This document shows, in pieces, positions 52,181-64,000 of a stretch of 64,000 nt of DNA (position 1 is its first letter; the number at the start of each line of letters is the position of its first letter). The stretch covers positions 496,001-560,000 of the forward strand of contig RSEE01000014.1 of NCBI GenBank assembly GCA_003971905.1, given 5' to 3'. Under the pieces are notes generated by a model, which saw only the letters and a program-made list of their open reading frames with translations, did not search any database and was not told the origin of the DNA. Source of the stretch: Moniliella sp. 'wahieum'. Lineage: Eukaryota. Both the position numbers and the translations under genes were made by a program.

Positions 52181-53396
52181 CGGCCTGATACACTGCTGCA
52201 GATGCCTCGGCGCCAGCCATAGCTGCACATAATGGGGGTACATACATGTTAGGGTCAAACGGGCGAACTCGTGTTTCTTCACACAAAACAGGAGTAGCCC
52301 TTACCAAAGGCTCGAGATCGAGAGCAGTTCCGGGCCCACATTTTTTGGTTCAGTGTACGAAGCGCTTCAAGCTGCAGCGCACTTGGCACACTTAGCGCTC
52401 AGGCTGAGCTCCCCTCAGGCCGCCGGCCACGACTCCTTCTTGGGAATACGGGGGCACTGCAAATCCATGTATCGCTTGCCTGGCTGTCCACACACTCCGC
52501 AGCTTCGTCAAAAAATTCAGCGATTTAGCTGTGCATGAGTACCATGAGTGCGGGCTCAGCCTCAAGCTCACAGGCCGAAACTGGTCCAGTGCGCTCTCAG
52601 TACTCAGTATGAGTTCAGACGTTATTCAGAAGAGCTTGAAGCTTAAGAGCGCCGTTTAAGTGCTTTTGAGCGATAGACGTTGAGGCCTGAGGCTGAGGCG
52701 CTGAGACTGGTCAAAAAAGCTATTTACTTATGAGGTCATCGCCGTGCTCGCATCAAAACACATCCCACACACAGGATTCCTCCTCTTTCCGGCTTGGAGA
52801 GGTCTGGAATAGGGTCTTGGAGCGTGGGAAGAGCAGGGCATCGTAGTTATGACGTTTTTATACACACGAATGGGCCTTCCACATTGGTGATCGGCCAAAT
52901 ATGCACGACACGATCCCCATTGCAGGCAACTGGAGGACTGCGCCGTACTGCCCAGCACCATCTCTGTCTATCTCCTCCCCCTCCCCCCGCGGGAGTGAAC
53001 CAGTCGCCCCCCCCCCCCCCCCACAACCATTCAATATCGAGCCGAGGCCCTAGGCCTCTGTACTCAAGTTGCACTCAGCACTCAGCCTCAGCGCTCAGGC
53101 TCAGTGCCCTTGCCCCCCGGATCCCTATACCAGTCCATGTGACTCCACAGATATCGTGGCCTGGTTCAGATCGAATCTCACTGGGGTTCGCATACGCGCC
53201 TATCGGTTCACCGAGACCGCGGATGTATCGTCTCTTCAACAGCTCTCTTCAGATTGTGGGTATTATTCTCTTTCCTTCCTCCCACCACACCCTTTTCCTT
53301 CTCATCTCTCGTCTGGCTGAGCCTATCGACTTTTGGTGAGAACACCGCCCGCGCTATCCCCTCGCAATCGCGCTTTATCTCGACTATCTGGACGAC

Positions 53397-56300
53397 ATGG
53401 CGACAGGAGACAATCCCGTTGGTCTGAACCAGTCATCTACTGCTGGTAACACTTCGTTACGGGCGCCGAATAGCCCAACCGTCAAACGCAAACCCGTTCC
53501 ACCTAGACTGCAAACTGCCATTGGCGCGGATGTAGACGGGCCACCCCAACAAAGAATGCCAAGATTATGTCGATACAGACTGCCTCAACCACAGTGCCTT
53601 CTCCACCTCAGGCATTACGGGGGGGGCATACAGCAAACGCGCCAGAGCACACGGGACCTACCACTGGCACAAATGTTTCTACTGCCGGATCTCCGATCAG
53701 AAACAACTCCATCAAGCACCCAGCTACCCTCTCGTCTGGTCAAGTGCGCCGTGGTGGACATGGCCGCACCCCGAGCAGCAGAAAGTGCTAAGGGGCTACA
53801 GAATTTTGTCTTCCCCAGTCAAGGCCGTGTTACACCCGCTGACATGGGTGGGCGGAGTACTCCGGGATCTATGAATGCTGCCCCTGGCACGACGACCTGA
53901 GCCTGGCGCTTACTTCACCCCGCCTCGGAGTGCTGCAGGATCGATAAACTCCTTTTATGACGCTCCCACTCCGGCCACTCCCGGAAACGGAAGCCGTCCA
54001 GCTTCTGTTGTTGCCCCAAGCAGCCCCGTGTCTCCGTCTATCAACTCTAAATTCTCTCCTGCTTCTCCCACCCGGACCATTTTCCCAACTTCACCTGGCT
54101 CCCCATCGTCATTGACCCGGCAAGCAATCAATCGGAACGCAAATGTTGCTCGCAGCGCCTCTTTGGGACATGGATTCCACCGTCCTCGCCACTCATCCGG
54201 TACAGGTCATATGCCTACGGTTCAAGAGGGTTTAAACCGTGCACGTAGTCATGGTCATACCCGCCGCGTCTCTCAGTATGATGACCCGGTGAACCACGGT
54301 CTTATGAGCTTGATCGGGTTTGATTCTGCCTATCCCTCCCCTGCCCTCAATGCGCACACATCCACCAAACGGATAGCCTCGACGCACGGCGGTTCTGCCG
54401 TGCCATCCCCCATTCTTCAGTAACTGGCTCAAGCGACAAACTCGACAGCCCATTTGCGGGAGAGCTTCCCCAACCTGGAAGCCAGAAGGTGAGCAGCAGC
54501 GGCTCGGGCAGCGGCTCGGTGCATCACAGTTATGGCCACGAAGACCATGGTACAGGCTACTCCTCTCCTATCCGATCCAGCATCAACTTAAGTGGTGGAC
54601 CACACTCCAACACTCTAGTCGCCTCTTCTGATGGGAGTACTTGTGGCAAGTACCACCCCATTACACGTGATGGAACCGGGAAGATGGGTTTCCGTGACAT
54701 TATCGACATTGCAACCATGAGTCCTCTGTCCTTCGACCGTCTGGATGAGGTGGAATCGGACGACGACCTTCACGACCCTGAAAAACTAGAGGATGCGCTC
54801 CACCGAAAGATTTCCTTGCGCAGTTGGCGCAAAGGCCGTCGCAAGACCGGACATGAATATCGTGAGGCTATCAAAGCGGAGGAGAATCGGGCCGAGAAGG
54901 ATGATGTCGCCGGCCCCCCTCCTGGCAAAAAAACTGAGGCAAAGAGGGTGGGAATTCGGGCCTTCCTCAATGTTGGAAGCATGCTGATCGTGACGCTGGG
55001 CGTACTCATGCTTTTTGCTGGCTACCCAATTTACAGTCACTACAAACTGTACACCTATCACAAGTACGGTGCTTACCAGATTGGAGGTACTAATGCATCG
55101 GGCCAAGTGGGGCAAGTCCCTGGCATTCGCACTACTCTCATCGACCCTGACACTCCCAAAGATGCCTACACCCGCGTGGGGCAAGATGGTGTTACCAAAT
55201 ACGAGCTGGTGTTCTCGGATGAGTTCAACACCCCGGGCGCAGTTTTTACCCCGGAGATGTAAGTCAATCATGGTTCAAAAGCGCAACCAGAAGCATTATA
55301 CTGACACGATTTCTTTCCCAGGATCCCTTTTGGGAAGCCGTCAACCTGCACTACTGGCGTGAGTACAGCTTTCCCTGCATATACCCGACTCGAACACGAT
55401 ACTAACCTATACCTCGATTGCGAACAGAAACGAATAATTACGAGTGGTACGACCCGGCGGCGGTCACTACCCAAGACGGGGCACTTTCCATCACTCTCAG
55501 CCAACACCCGGACCACAACCTCAACTTCCGTGGTGGTATGATCCAATCGTGGAACAAGTTCTGCTTTACTGGCGGAATGATTGTGGTTAGTGTTCGCCTT
55601 CCTGGCCAGGCTGGTGTTGGGGGGCTATGGCCCGCCATCTGGATGATGGGTAATCTGGGACGTGCCGGATACGGTGCATCTCTTGACGGCACCTGGCCCT
55701 ACACTTATGACTCGTGCGATACAGGTACCCTGGCAAACCAGACAGATCCGGCTACTGGTATGTACCTCTTTTCCATATTTTAGCCCACCACGTGCCTTTC
55801 TGACATTCAAACCACTCTTTTACTACAGGTTTACCCAACAGCACGACTCTTGGAGATTGTGGTTTTAACAGTCAGTTCGGAAGCAAGGCCTTAAGCTATC
55901 TGTCCGGCCAGAAGCTTTCTGCGTGCACTTGCCCTGGCGAGGACCACCCTGGACCGCGGCACAAGGATGGTACCTTCAAGGGTCGTGCTGCACCTGAACT
56001 TGACATTTTCGAGGCTCAGATCAGCGACACACATGAGATGACCGTCAGCCAGAGTCTGCAACTGGCTCCCTTCAACGCCTATTACAAGCTATCGCAGCCA
56101 GCGGAGCTGTTCAGCAACGCTTCTTGGGTCAACACCTATACCGGGGAGCTGACGCAGCAAGCAGCCTCCGGTATTACTCCAACGGACCAGACGGCCATGC
56201 AATATCTTCCCGATGGTTCCCTGGGCGGGTTTCTGAGTATGGTGTTGAATATCTTCCGGGGTATGACGGATTTATCAAGTGGAACGCCGGCGGAAAACCT

Positions 56301-56844
56301 GCATGGATGATCAACTCAACCCAACTCGAGGCCGACCCCTGGCTGGTATTTCGCGTCGACCGGTACCCGAGGAACCATGTACATTATTATGGTACGTCTC
56401 CCTTCTTCTGTGCCGCAAACTGGACTGCTGACAGGCTCTTTCAATCGCTGGCAGAACCTGGGTATGAGTTCAAACTTTGGGACGATCAACTGGGACCAAC
56501 TCCGGTGGCCAAACCGGATGGACATCGACCATGTGCGTGTTTATCAGGAGCCCGGCAAAACCAACGTTGGTTGCGACCCAAAGGACTTCCCCACACGGGA
56601 CTATATCAACCGGCATATTGAGGCATATACGAACCCCAATTTCACCCTCTGGGGCAACACACGCGAAGAAGGTGGTTATGGGAAGGATTGGCCTCGGAAC
56701 AGGCTTTATCCTGGCGGATGCAATGCTCCTGCGTCCACTTTCCCCGGTAGTGTGTTGCATCCAATGCCTCGTGCCAAGACATATGAGGGCTGGCAAATTG
56801 GCCAGGACCCGTCCCTCTGTGCAGTCCCCAACACCAAGCAGTGA
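53397..56844 (+). CDS. KRE6: Beta-1,6-glucan synthesis-associated GH16 protein KRE6/SKN1
   Basis: DDDLHDP, TM helix LMLFAGYPI, LIDPDTP, LVFSDEFN, QSWNKFCFTGG, MGNLGRAGYGAS, GRAAPELDIFEAQ (ExDxxE), EAYTNPN. About four short introns, e.g. 55259-55321. Confidence 0.92.
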
Positions 56845-57360
56845 TATGCGCGCCTTCCCAGTCTGGACGTACTACATCTACTTGCATCCCTCCACCTGCC
56901 GGCTCTCCCTTTTTTTCTATGTGAACAACTTCTACCAGCACGTTGATATGGTGTACCATCCCCCACTCCCTCCTCTTGCACGATTGCGTTGCCTTCGGCA
57001 CGCGCTATTGCCTTTTTTGCATGTGAAACGCTTGTTTCTCAGTATCATTTGTGTGGTCTACACCTACCTATAATGTTCGCCTTTGTCCCTGTCTCTTTGA
57101 GCTTCTGTGAATAGACACACGGGCGACTCAATTAGCATGTTGAACTCATCGAACTCATCTGTGGGCCGTAGTGACAAAACTATATAAGCTTACTCTTTTC
57201 CGTTATCAGGGGCGTAAAGCCCTGTTTCTTCTAGGTGTGAAGACATGAGGCCGGCTCAGACCTAACCACCACCATCGCCATTGCATTGCTCCTCTCCAAA
57301 GGTGTCCACGCCCAATTCCGTCTGGGGTTTCTTCAGGCTTGCATCCAGACCTGCAGTGGT

Positions 57361-58493
57361 TCAACCTAAACGGGTGGCTTGAGGACGGATCACGACCTTG
57401 ATCCCACTCCATCCGTCCTTGTTTTTTTAGTGCAAGCTGGCGACCGTTGAGGCCGCCAGGGGTTACTTCAGGACGGTTGGGAAAGAACTCTCCACAGCTC
57501 AGCCAGCCGCTGACGGCGGCAACAAACTTCTCTGCCAAGGGGCGCAACTCGGGCGAGTGGCCAACGCCCATCACTGGCTTGAACTGGATCGCGGGAGTGG
57601 CCTCCGCTGCCGCCTTGAGGCTGGGCTCGGTAGGGGGCAAGACTGTGAGAATAGGAAGCACGGTGGTGCTGTTGGTCACTTTGTTGTACTTCTTGATAAT
57701 CTCCACCGCCAAAGCTTGCGAGTCATCGGTGGAGACAGCGTCCGAGGTGGCGACCAGAGTCTTGCCATCTAATGCTTGCACAAAGTCGTTCACGGTTGCC
57801 GTGTGACGATCAAGAACAACATCTGCACCCAACTTCTTGAGCCACGCCGTGTGGGCAACGGACGAGTTGGTGATCACGCGGAAGCCTGACAGACGAGCGA
57901 GCTGGATGGCGTATTGCCCCACGCTCGACGAACCACCAAGGACGACCACTGCCTTACCCACACCTGTCTGGGAACCGCCCTGATCCCAAGGGGCAGGAGA
58001 GATAGCAGCACCTTGCTCAGCATACAGTCCAGTCCAGGCAGCGGCAGCCGCCAAGCAAATCCCCGCCGCTTCGTCGTCCGAAACGTTGGATGGGGTACGA
58101 GCCAGGAGGGATGCGGGTATCGTGACGTATTGCTGGAATGTGCAGCGCTCAATGTTGCCGAGGAGGCCCTGGAAAAAGACGCGGTCGCCAACCTTGAGAA
58201 GAACAGAATGGGTCAGCCTCGAGTAGTCGTAACTAAAATGTGCGTACCTTCAATTCTTTCACGTCTGCGCCCACTGCAACGATCTTGCCCGCCGCGTCAG
58301 AGCCCAAGACGGTGGGAGGAGTGAGTAACAAACCATGCTCTACGATTTTCCAGTCAGCCGGGTTGATCGCAGTGCTGGTGACAGCCACCAGAGCCTCATC
58401 GGCAGCGGGAGTAGGAACAGGCCGGGTCTCAACCACAGGCGGGACGCCTTTCTGTTTCCAGACAGCTGCGAGTTGCTGAGCAGGGACAGCCAT
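57361..58493 (-). CDS. Medium-chain dehydrogenase/reductase, enoyl-reductase-like (GroES + Rossmann)
   Basis: AINPADWK, VLGSDAAG, K|VGDRVFFQG, VLGGSSSVGQYAIQLARLSG, LKKLGAD. Intron 58193-58247. The C-terminus GIKVVIRP lies in a shifted frame. Confidence 0.88.
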
Positions 58494-58844
58494 AGTCTTG
58501 TGAAGTTACTTCAGAGGTATGGTTGGAGAGAGAGGTCGGGGGCGAAGTTGGAGAGCTTGAAGGCTGGAGCCTTTCAGGTCGACGCCCTGAGGGTGACACG
58601 GGTGATTCGTGTGCAGGGGGTGGTCATGGCGTCGAACGTGGCAGGCGCATGTGGAATTGCTTAAAATCGGTGTCTTTGGTTGCCGGTCGACGATCTTCTA
58701 TCTCTAAGTTCCATATCGGAGGGTGCAAAGAAAATGTGCAACCCTACTGCACCCCCCCACCTGCACGTGACGGCTGGGGGCTGGCTGTGCCAATCATCGG
58801 GCATATGGCAGAGTCGCGTCGACGCGTCCCTCCACCCACTTAAA

Positions 58845-59207
58845 ATGCCCCCTACCCGTACTCCCCGCCGGTGCCCCCATTGCGACACCGACGCTCACAC
58901 TCGCACACGGTGCCCCTTCAATCCACGCCCACGGTTGTGCCCCCACTGCCGTCGACCTGGCCACAAGGCTGCCGCGGAGCGGTGTAGCAAGTTGAAACAA
59001 GCAATTGCGACTCACGGGCTACCTGGTGGATCCGAGCGAGGAAGAGAAGCCTTTGGGCGTGAAGCCGAGGCGGCTGCACGCGTGGCAAGGCCGCGTATAC
59101 GCCGGCTGGAGGGTAGTAACGTGTCTGAAGCCTCCGGGGCTGAGCGACGGGTAGATGCAGTGGAGCGGACAGACACTTCCAGGGCTGAGGCATGGCAGTG
59201 GCTGTGA
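58845..59207 (+). CDS. Small protein with tandem zinc knuckles
   Basis: CPHCDTDAHTRTRC (CX2CX4HX4C) and CPHCRRPGHKAAAERC (CX2CX4HX6C). It may continue past 59207 in another frame. Confidence 0.45.
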   Translation: MPPTRTPRRCPHCDTDAHTRTRCPFNPRPRLCPHCRRPGHKAAAERCSKLKQAIATHGLPGGSERGREAFGREAEAAARVARPRIRRLEGSNVSEASGAERRVDAVERTDTSRAEAWQWL

Positions 59208-60374
59208 AAGGAACCCACGCGACATGCTGAGGTACGGAGAACCGACACGGCTGATGGAAGGCTCGCGCGACTGGGCAGATGGAAAGATAGAGTGCGACCT
59301 GGGAGCACTCGCGATCCTATGGATGAGTTGCAAAGCAGCCTTCAGACAGGCGTGAAGGCAAAGGTGAGCCACAAGTCTTCAGGCAACATCGAGTTGAAGG
59401 GAAGGAGACAGGAGAGAGAGAAGGGAAATGAAGCGAGCAGGGCGCGTGCGCCCTGCGAGCGGAACTCTTCCGCGATCCACCGAGGGCCGTGCAAGGGAAC
59501 CCCAGCACTACCCTCCAACAAAAGCTAGCGGAGGCTGCGAAGGGACTAAGAATGTCATCCGATAGCACTTCCTCGTAGGTCGATACTGGCTTGTAGGCCT
59601 CAAGGCTAATTGATATTGGGTGCGCCGGGGTTTACGCGTGGCATATATCGCATCATCGACATCATCGCATCTTGTGCACATCAGTTCGTAGTACATAGGG
59701 ATGGAGATATATGCGATGGGCATATAGGGCCAATGTGGTCGCCAGGCGCCCCACTGCTGGTCGAGAGCAGTGTGGGGAGCGGGGAGCGGAAGGCGGGCAA
59801 GAGAGGTCAGCGGCCGGTCAGAGCGTACCTCAGCGCCTCAGCCCTCAGCCCTCAGCCTGAGGCTTCAATGACTTCAGCGGCTCAGGCGCTCAGCGCCGGT
59901 CAGCCGAGCAACAATGCGCGACGATGCCGGGCGAGCTAGCGTCGTCTCCAGGGGCGGACCTGATGTTTGGGGGCTGTGACTACGGGGGCAAGATAAGTGT
60001 ATGTGATGGTACTAAGAAGAAGAAACAAAAGGGACATGGGCGGCAAGCACGGTAGAAGCCAAGATGGTGCTCACATTTAATAGCTCTCGTAGTGGGGGAT
60101 ACATTTCTGCCTTCATGGGGAGAAGACACTGACGCTCACGTCGTGAAACTGATAAAGGACAGATAGAACTGAGGCCCTAACTGGCACTTAGTGGGCACCT
60201 ATGGCCCGTTGGGCGTGACAGGGAGAATGCGGAGGGGGGCAGTGTAATGTGCACAGCCCGGTCAATCCATATTCATTGTTTAGTAGTGTGGTTCCTGCTG
60301 CATAATGCTTAAGGTACTACCCGCTCAGCTGGACCGATGAGAGACCGGCGACATCTTGCGGAATCCCAGGTTGT

Positions 60375-62082
60375 TCACATCACAACGCACTTCTTGCTAT
60401 TGCATCGGGACGGGGTCGGACGAGGTTGTGGACGAGGGGTGCGGGAAGCCTGCGGCCCAGGGGTCTGCGGTGCTCGCTGTCCTCCTTGTCGCGTCCCGCC
60501 CTGCTTGTACGCCGACTGTTTGGCGGGCGAAGCCTTCACGGACGCGCCGTACTCTTCCGCTTGGAGACTCTGAGCCAACTGAGCATCCGTTTGCATCGAC
60601 GTCAACAGCTTATTGGGGCCCGAAGAATGGGACGGTGACTGAGTTTGTGAGGCTGGCGGAACCGCGGATGGGAAGGGGCCGGGATCCTGACCAGATGGAG
60701 CGTGTCGATCGACCGGATTTTTTGGAGGTTTCCGGCGAGCGACGTTAAAGCTTTCATCAAAGAACTCACTACCCGCCTGGTCCACATCCACCAAGCTTTC
60801 CCACACCACAGAAGAGTGTCTCAGCAAGGCAGCGTCTGTAGCCAAAAGGTACAAAGGTGGCCCTTGCTGCATCCCCTCATCCTCCTTCTTGCGGTAGATA
60901 ACCGAGACATGAGAGTTGCGGAAGAGGCAGCAAGCTCGCCAGGACGAAGGGATTCGGTCAACGCGAATAAACCCGAGTAGGTCAACTGCGTGGGAGAGCG
61001 ATCAAAAAAGTCTTTCAGGGCCAAAGCTGGGGGGAATCCTTAACGTCAACAATTCGCTTGTATAAGAGACTGCAGGCATCCACATACCATCATCCACTTG
61101 TTGCTTTTGCTCTTGGGTTAATGATTTCCCGCTTTCGGCACCAAGCGCCTCAGGGGTGAATTGAAAGAGCGCACCCGAGGAAAGGGAGTCAGCTTGAGCA
61201 ATCAATCATCATAGCAGAGTCGTAGTCTGCTGTACGCTGCGTCGCTTTAGCACCCGCTCGTCCGCTTGATCAGGCAGCCATCCATGGACCAAACGCACTC
61301 CCGCTAATTGGAACAAGGCGCGCGCTCCATCCCCATTTTCGTCGAATCCGAGAGCGGCAGGGGCAAATGAATCGCACGTATCAAATTGAACATTGACCGC
61401 CAGTCCAGTCTGCGTCGAGGGCAAGGCAGTCAAGGCTGCCATGACGTCCGCCTCGGCATCAGGACCTTGCTTAGCTGCGCGCGCAAGCAAATCGTTGGCC
61501 AGTAGTGATGAGAGGTACTCATAGGTTGCAAACGTTTTGGTAGGTGAGATGGTGATTTCGCCCCTCAAAATCAATACGTTGGCCAATGCAAAATGGAGCA
61601 TGGGCCATTCACGTTCTGTTAAGCCAAAGGAGAAGCGATTCAGGAACTTGAAAATACGTTAAGGATACTCTAGAGCGCATACGCACCTGCGTTAAGATCC
61701 TCCTCGGCTGGCCAAGCCAGGTCACCTCTTTCAAATCCCACTGGAGCTCAGGTTGAACCGCCACTTCGCCTGGCGCCGACACGTGATGAGGGTCGTCAGG
61801 CAACAGCTGAGCCTGAGGTTCGGCGAGCGGAGAGGCATTTGGGGGTTGTACATCGAGTGGGTGTGATGCCTGCACCCCCGAGCCGGACTGCTCCGTGGCC
61901 GCGCCAGATGGGCTGAGGGATGAGGAAAGAGTGGGAGGATCATTGCTGTGTAAGGCATTCCGCCTTACAGGAGGCGTGTCAGCACCAGTGGGAAGGGAAG
62001 TTGATAGAGAAGGATGAAGAGTGGAGTGTGCAGCTGGATCCTCGGTCGAGACGGGCAAGGCAGATTCAGAGTCCTGTTGCAT
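60375..62082 (-). CDS. MINDY-family deubiquitinase (MINDY-1/2, yeast MIY-like)
   Basis: RRILTQ|NVNGPCS..LANVLILRG, LVHGWLPD, TQLTYSGL, FRNSHVSVIY, LYLLATD, VVWESL, DAQLAQSLQAEE (MIU-like), terminal CVVM*. Confidence 0.88.
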
Positions 62083-64000
62083 TGCTGGTGTGGCTGTTGG
62101 GCAGATGGTTCGAGTGCATGCTGAGGCTGAGCAGGGAATCAGAGACAGAAACGGAGACGGCAGCTGACGCAGCAGCGTCTTGCGCCTTGCCGAGGGGGGT
62201 ATCGGATGACATGAGAGCGTGAGCCTTCTCGTGGGGTTGTGCGTGAGGCGCGTGAGGCGGGGAGGATGCTGCGGACTGCGAGCGGTGGTGGCCGTGAAAC
62301 GCTGCAGTGTGCTGGGTCTTGTCCTGTGACGTGTGCGAAGGGTGTTGCCCATCCCAATCTCTATGTCTGAGATCACTTGGTCTGTCTGACATCTCACAGC
62401 ATGCAGCACGGATGCTCAGACTGAGCCCTGCGGCTGACGTACTGACATGCGCTCCAGCGCGCGCATCCCACGCAAGATGCAACAGCCGTAGCTAAACGTT
62501 AACGTAATTACGCGCAACGCGTAGCGCATAACGCGCAAGGATAGCTACTCGTATCTACGCACGTGACGTCGCGACGTGTGGTGATGATGCGGTGAAGCTG
62601 GAGCGTTTCAACATTGAATACATCAGCCCAGACGCGCGGACGTCTGACGCTGTACTCTCTCGTCACGCGCGTCACTCGCCTCACACGCGTCAGGCCCCCT
62701 GTATGGCCTTCAGCTTCATCGACTTCATCGAACATCCTTCCCTGGCTGCACTTAACCGCCTAACCCCCCCTAACCCACCAAGCCTGGTCCCATCACCCAG
62801 TAGCCCGTACACTCGGATTTCTTTCCCTACAGAGGTTACTTTTCCTTCTTCACAACTTCTGCTAAAAAAAACGTGTCGAGTGTGTGTACAGCGATATGGA
62901 ACTAAGGAGGACCGGATAGTGTAGGTTAATATTATAGTTGAACGTATATATCCTTCAACCACATCGCACAACATTCGCGCCATCTTTTGGAGGCTCTCCT
63001 ACCGTGTAGACGCCCTCCTCGATATCAATAAAACAAAAGAGACGTAAGTGATTGTCGTTATTGATCGTCGATGGAGAACCAGTGCGTGTGCATATGGAAG
63101 GGCGTATAGTCTACTGCAAGTAAGACAACCGTTACATTCCCCTAGCGGGAATAAAAATCACCTACGCACGTCGAACTAGATGACTGCCATGCGTATAAGG
63201 CGGGGGCTGGGCTTTGAGTCACCTTCATGGTCCATCCTTCCATGCCCGCAGAGGGCATGGGATGAGAAGAGGGTTACGCGTAGTCTCATAGGCAGTACTT
63301 TGGTCTGGTAACTCGGAAACATTGACATGGTTCACACGTCACAATCTAATAGAAAGAAAGTGCGAGCACTGGACGGAACGAACTGATAAATCTCATTGTA
63401 GGTGTGGTTCGTATAGGTCACATGTCTATCACGCTCATTCGTCTCCACGAGGACTACAATGACGGGTTTGGAAGCGAATGACGGGAGCCAGATGGATCCT
63501 GATTTGAGGGAGCCGGGTAGGCGCAACGCTTCCTTGTCCCATCCTTACGCTCTGTAAATGATGCTATGGGTCGTACAGTAGGGCATTATGCTTGAGAAGA
63601 AGTTCTGCGTACTAGCTGTTTAGGGATGGGCTCTACTGGCCGGCCGCATACATAATTTGTCATTGTTTGGCTCTGCAGTTAGCGTTACAGTTTGTATGAA
63701 GGATGTTGACTATGAACTGAGGAAAGTAGGAGAGTGGCTTCCATTGCCGAAAGAAAGGCTATTACTGTTTGTCCAGAGCTATATGCTCCGTCTGTTCAAA
63801 TGAACCTTCAGGTGAATGGAGTCCCAACTGTGCGATGCTGATACACTCTATGATACCGTCTTCTGCTGATATTTACACCTACGTTCTGCGACTGGGTCAG
63901 GATCTTTTCCACCACAACCACCTGCAGCTCCACTATCTGTCGATGATCATAGCCCTGGGTATCTTCTTTTAGAGTGACGGCGCTTACGAGTCCAGGCCTA

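Noticed and set aside
5112..58493. Secondary-metabolite or glycolipid gene cluster around FAS
   Set aside because: Neighbours are unrelated housekeeping genes. I see no P450, cluster-type glycosyltransferase, transporter or cluster regulator.

Overview
This is a gene-dense, GC-rich fungal nuclear segment with short GT-AG introns carrying CTRAC branch points. The protein families indicate a basidiomycete, and the low intron density suggests, but does not prove, Ustilaginomycotina. Most long genes are broken by repeated frameshifts; those I checked are 1-bp deletions, which fits an unpolished long-read assembly, so gene ends are reconstructed across frames. Recognisable genes in order: PRP21/SF3a1, a fatty acid synthase chain (AT-ER-DH-MPT-ACP, ending just after the ACP), SDH3, a membrane-anchored GH79, an Slx4-N-like zinc-finger protein, SmD1, a possible RING protein, an LCB3-like PAP2 phosphatase, a chitin synthase, an S53 peptidase, a Tos4/Plm2-like FHA protein, LEU1, a RING protein with a 328-codon insertion, KRE6/SKN1, an MDR-family reductase, a zinc-knuckle ORF and a MINDY deubiquitinase. 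The most unusual signal is non-coding. Many intergenic regions carry 7-bp-period arrays built as [T-N-A junction, mostly TCA/TGA] + [4-bp palindrome]. At least ten different palindromic cores occur, and the core can switch inside one array while the phase is kept. The second notable feature is the FAS gene, which stops in the post-ACP helical region at a possible orphan splice donor, with no KR-KS-PPT half in the window.
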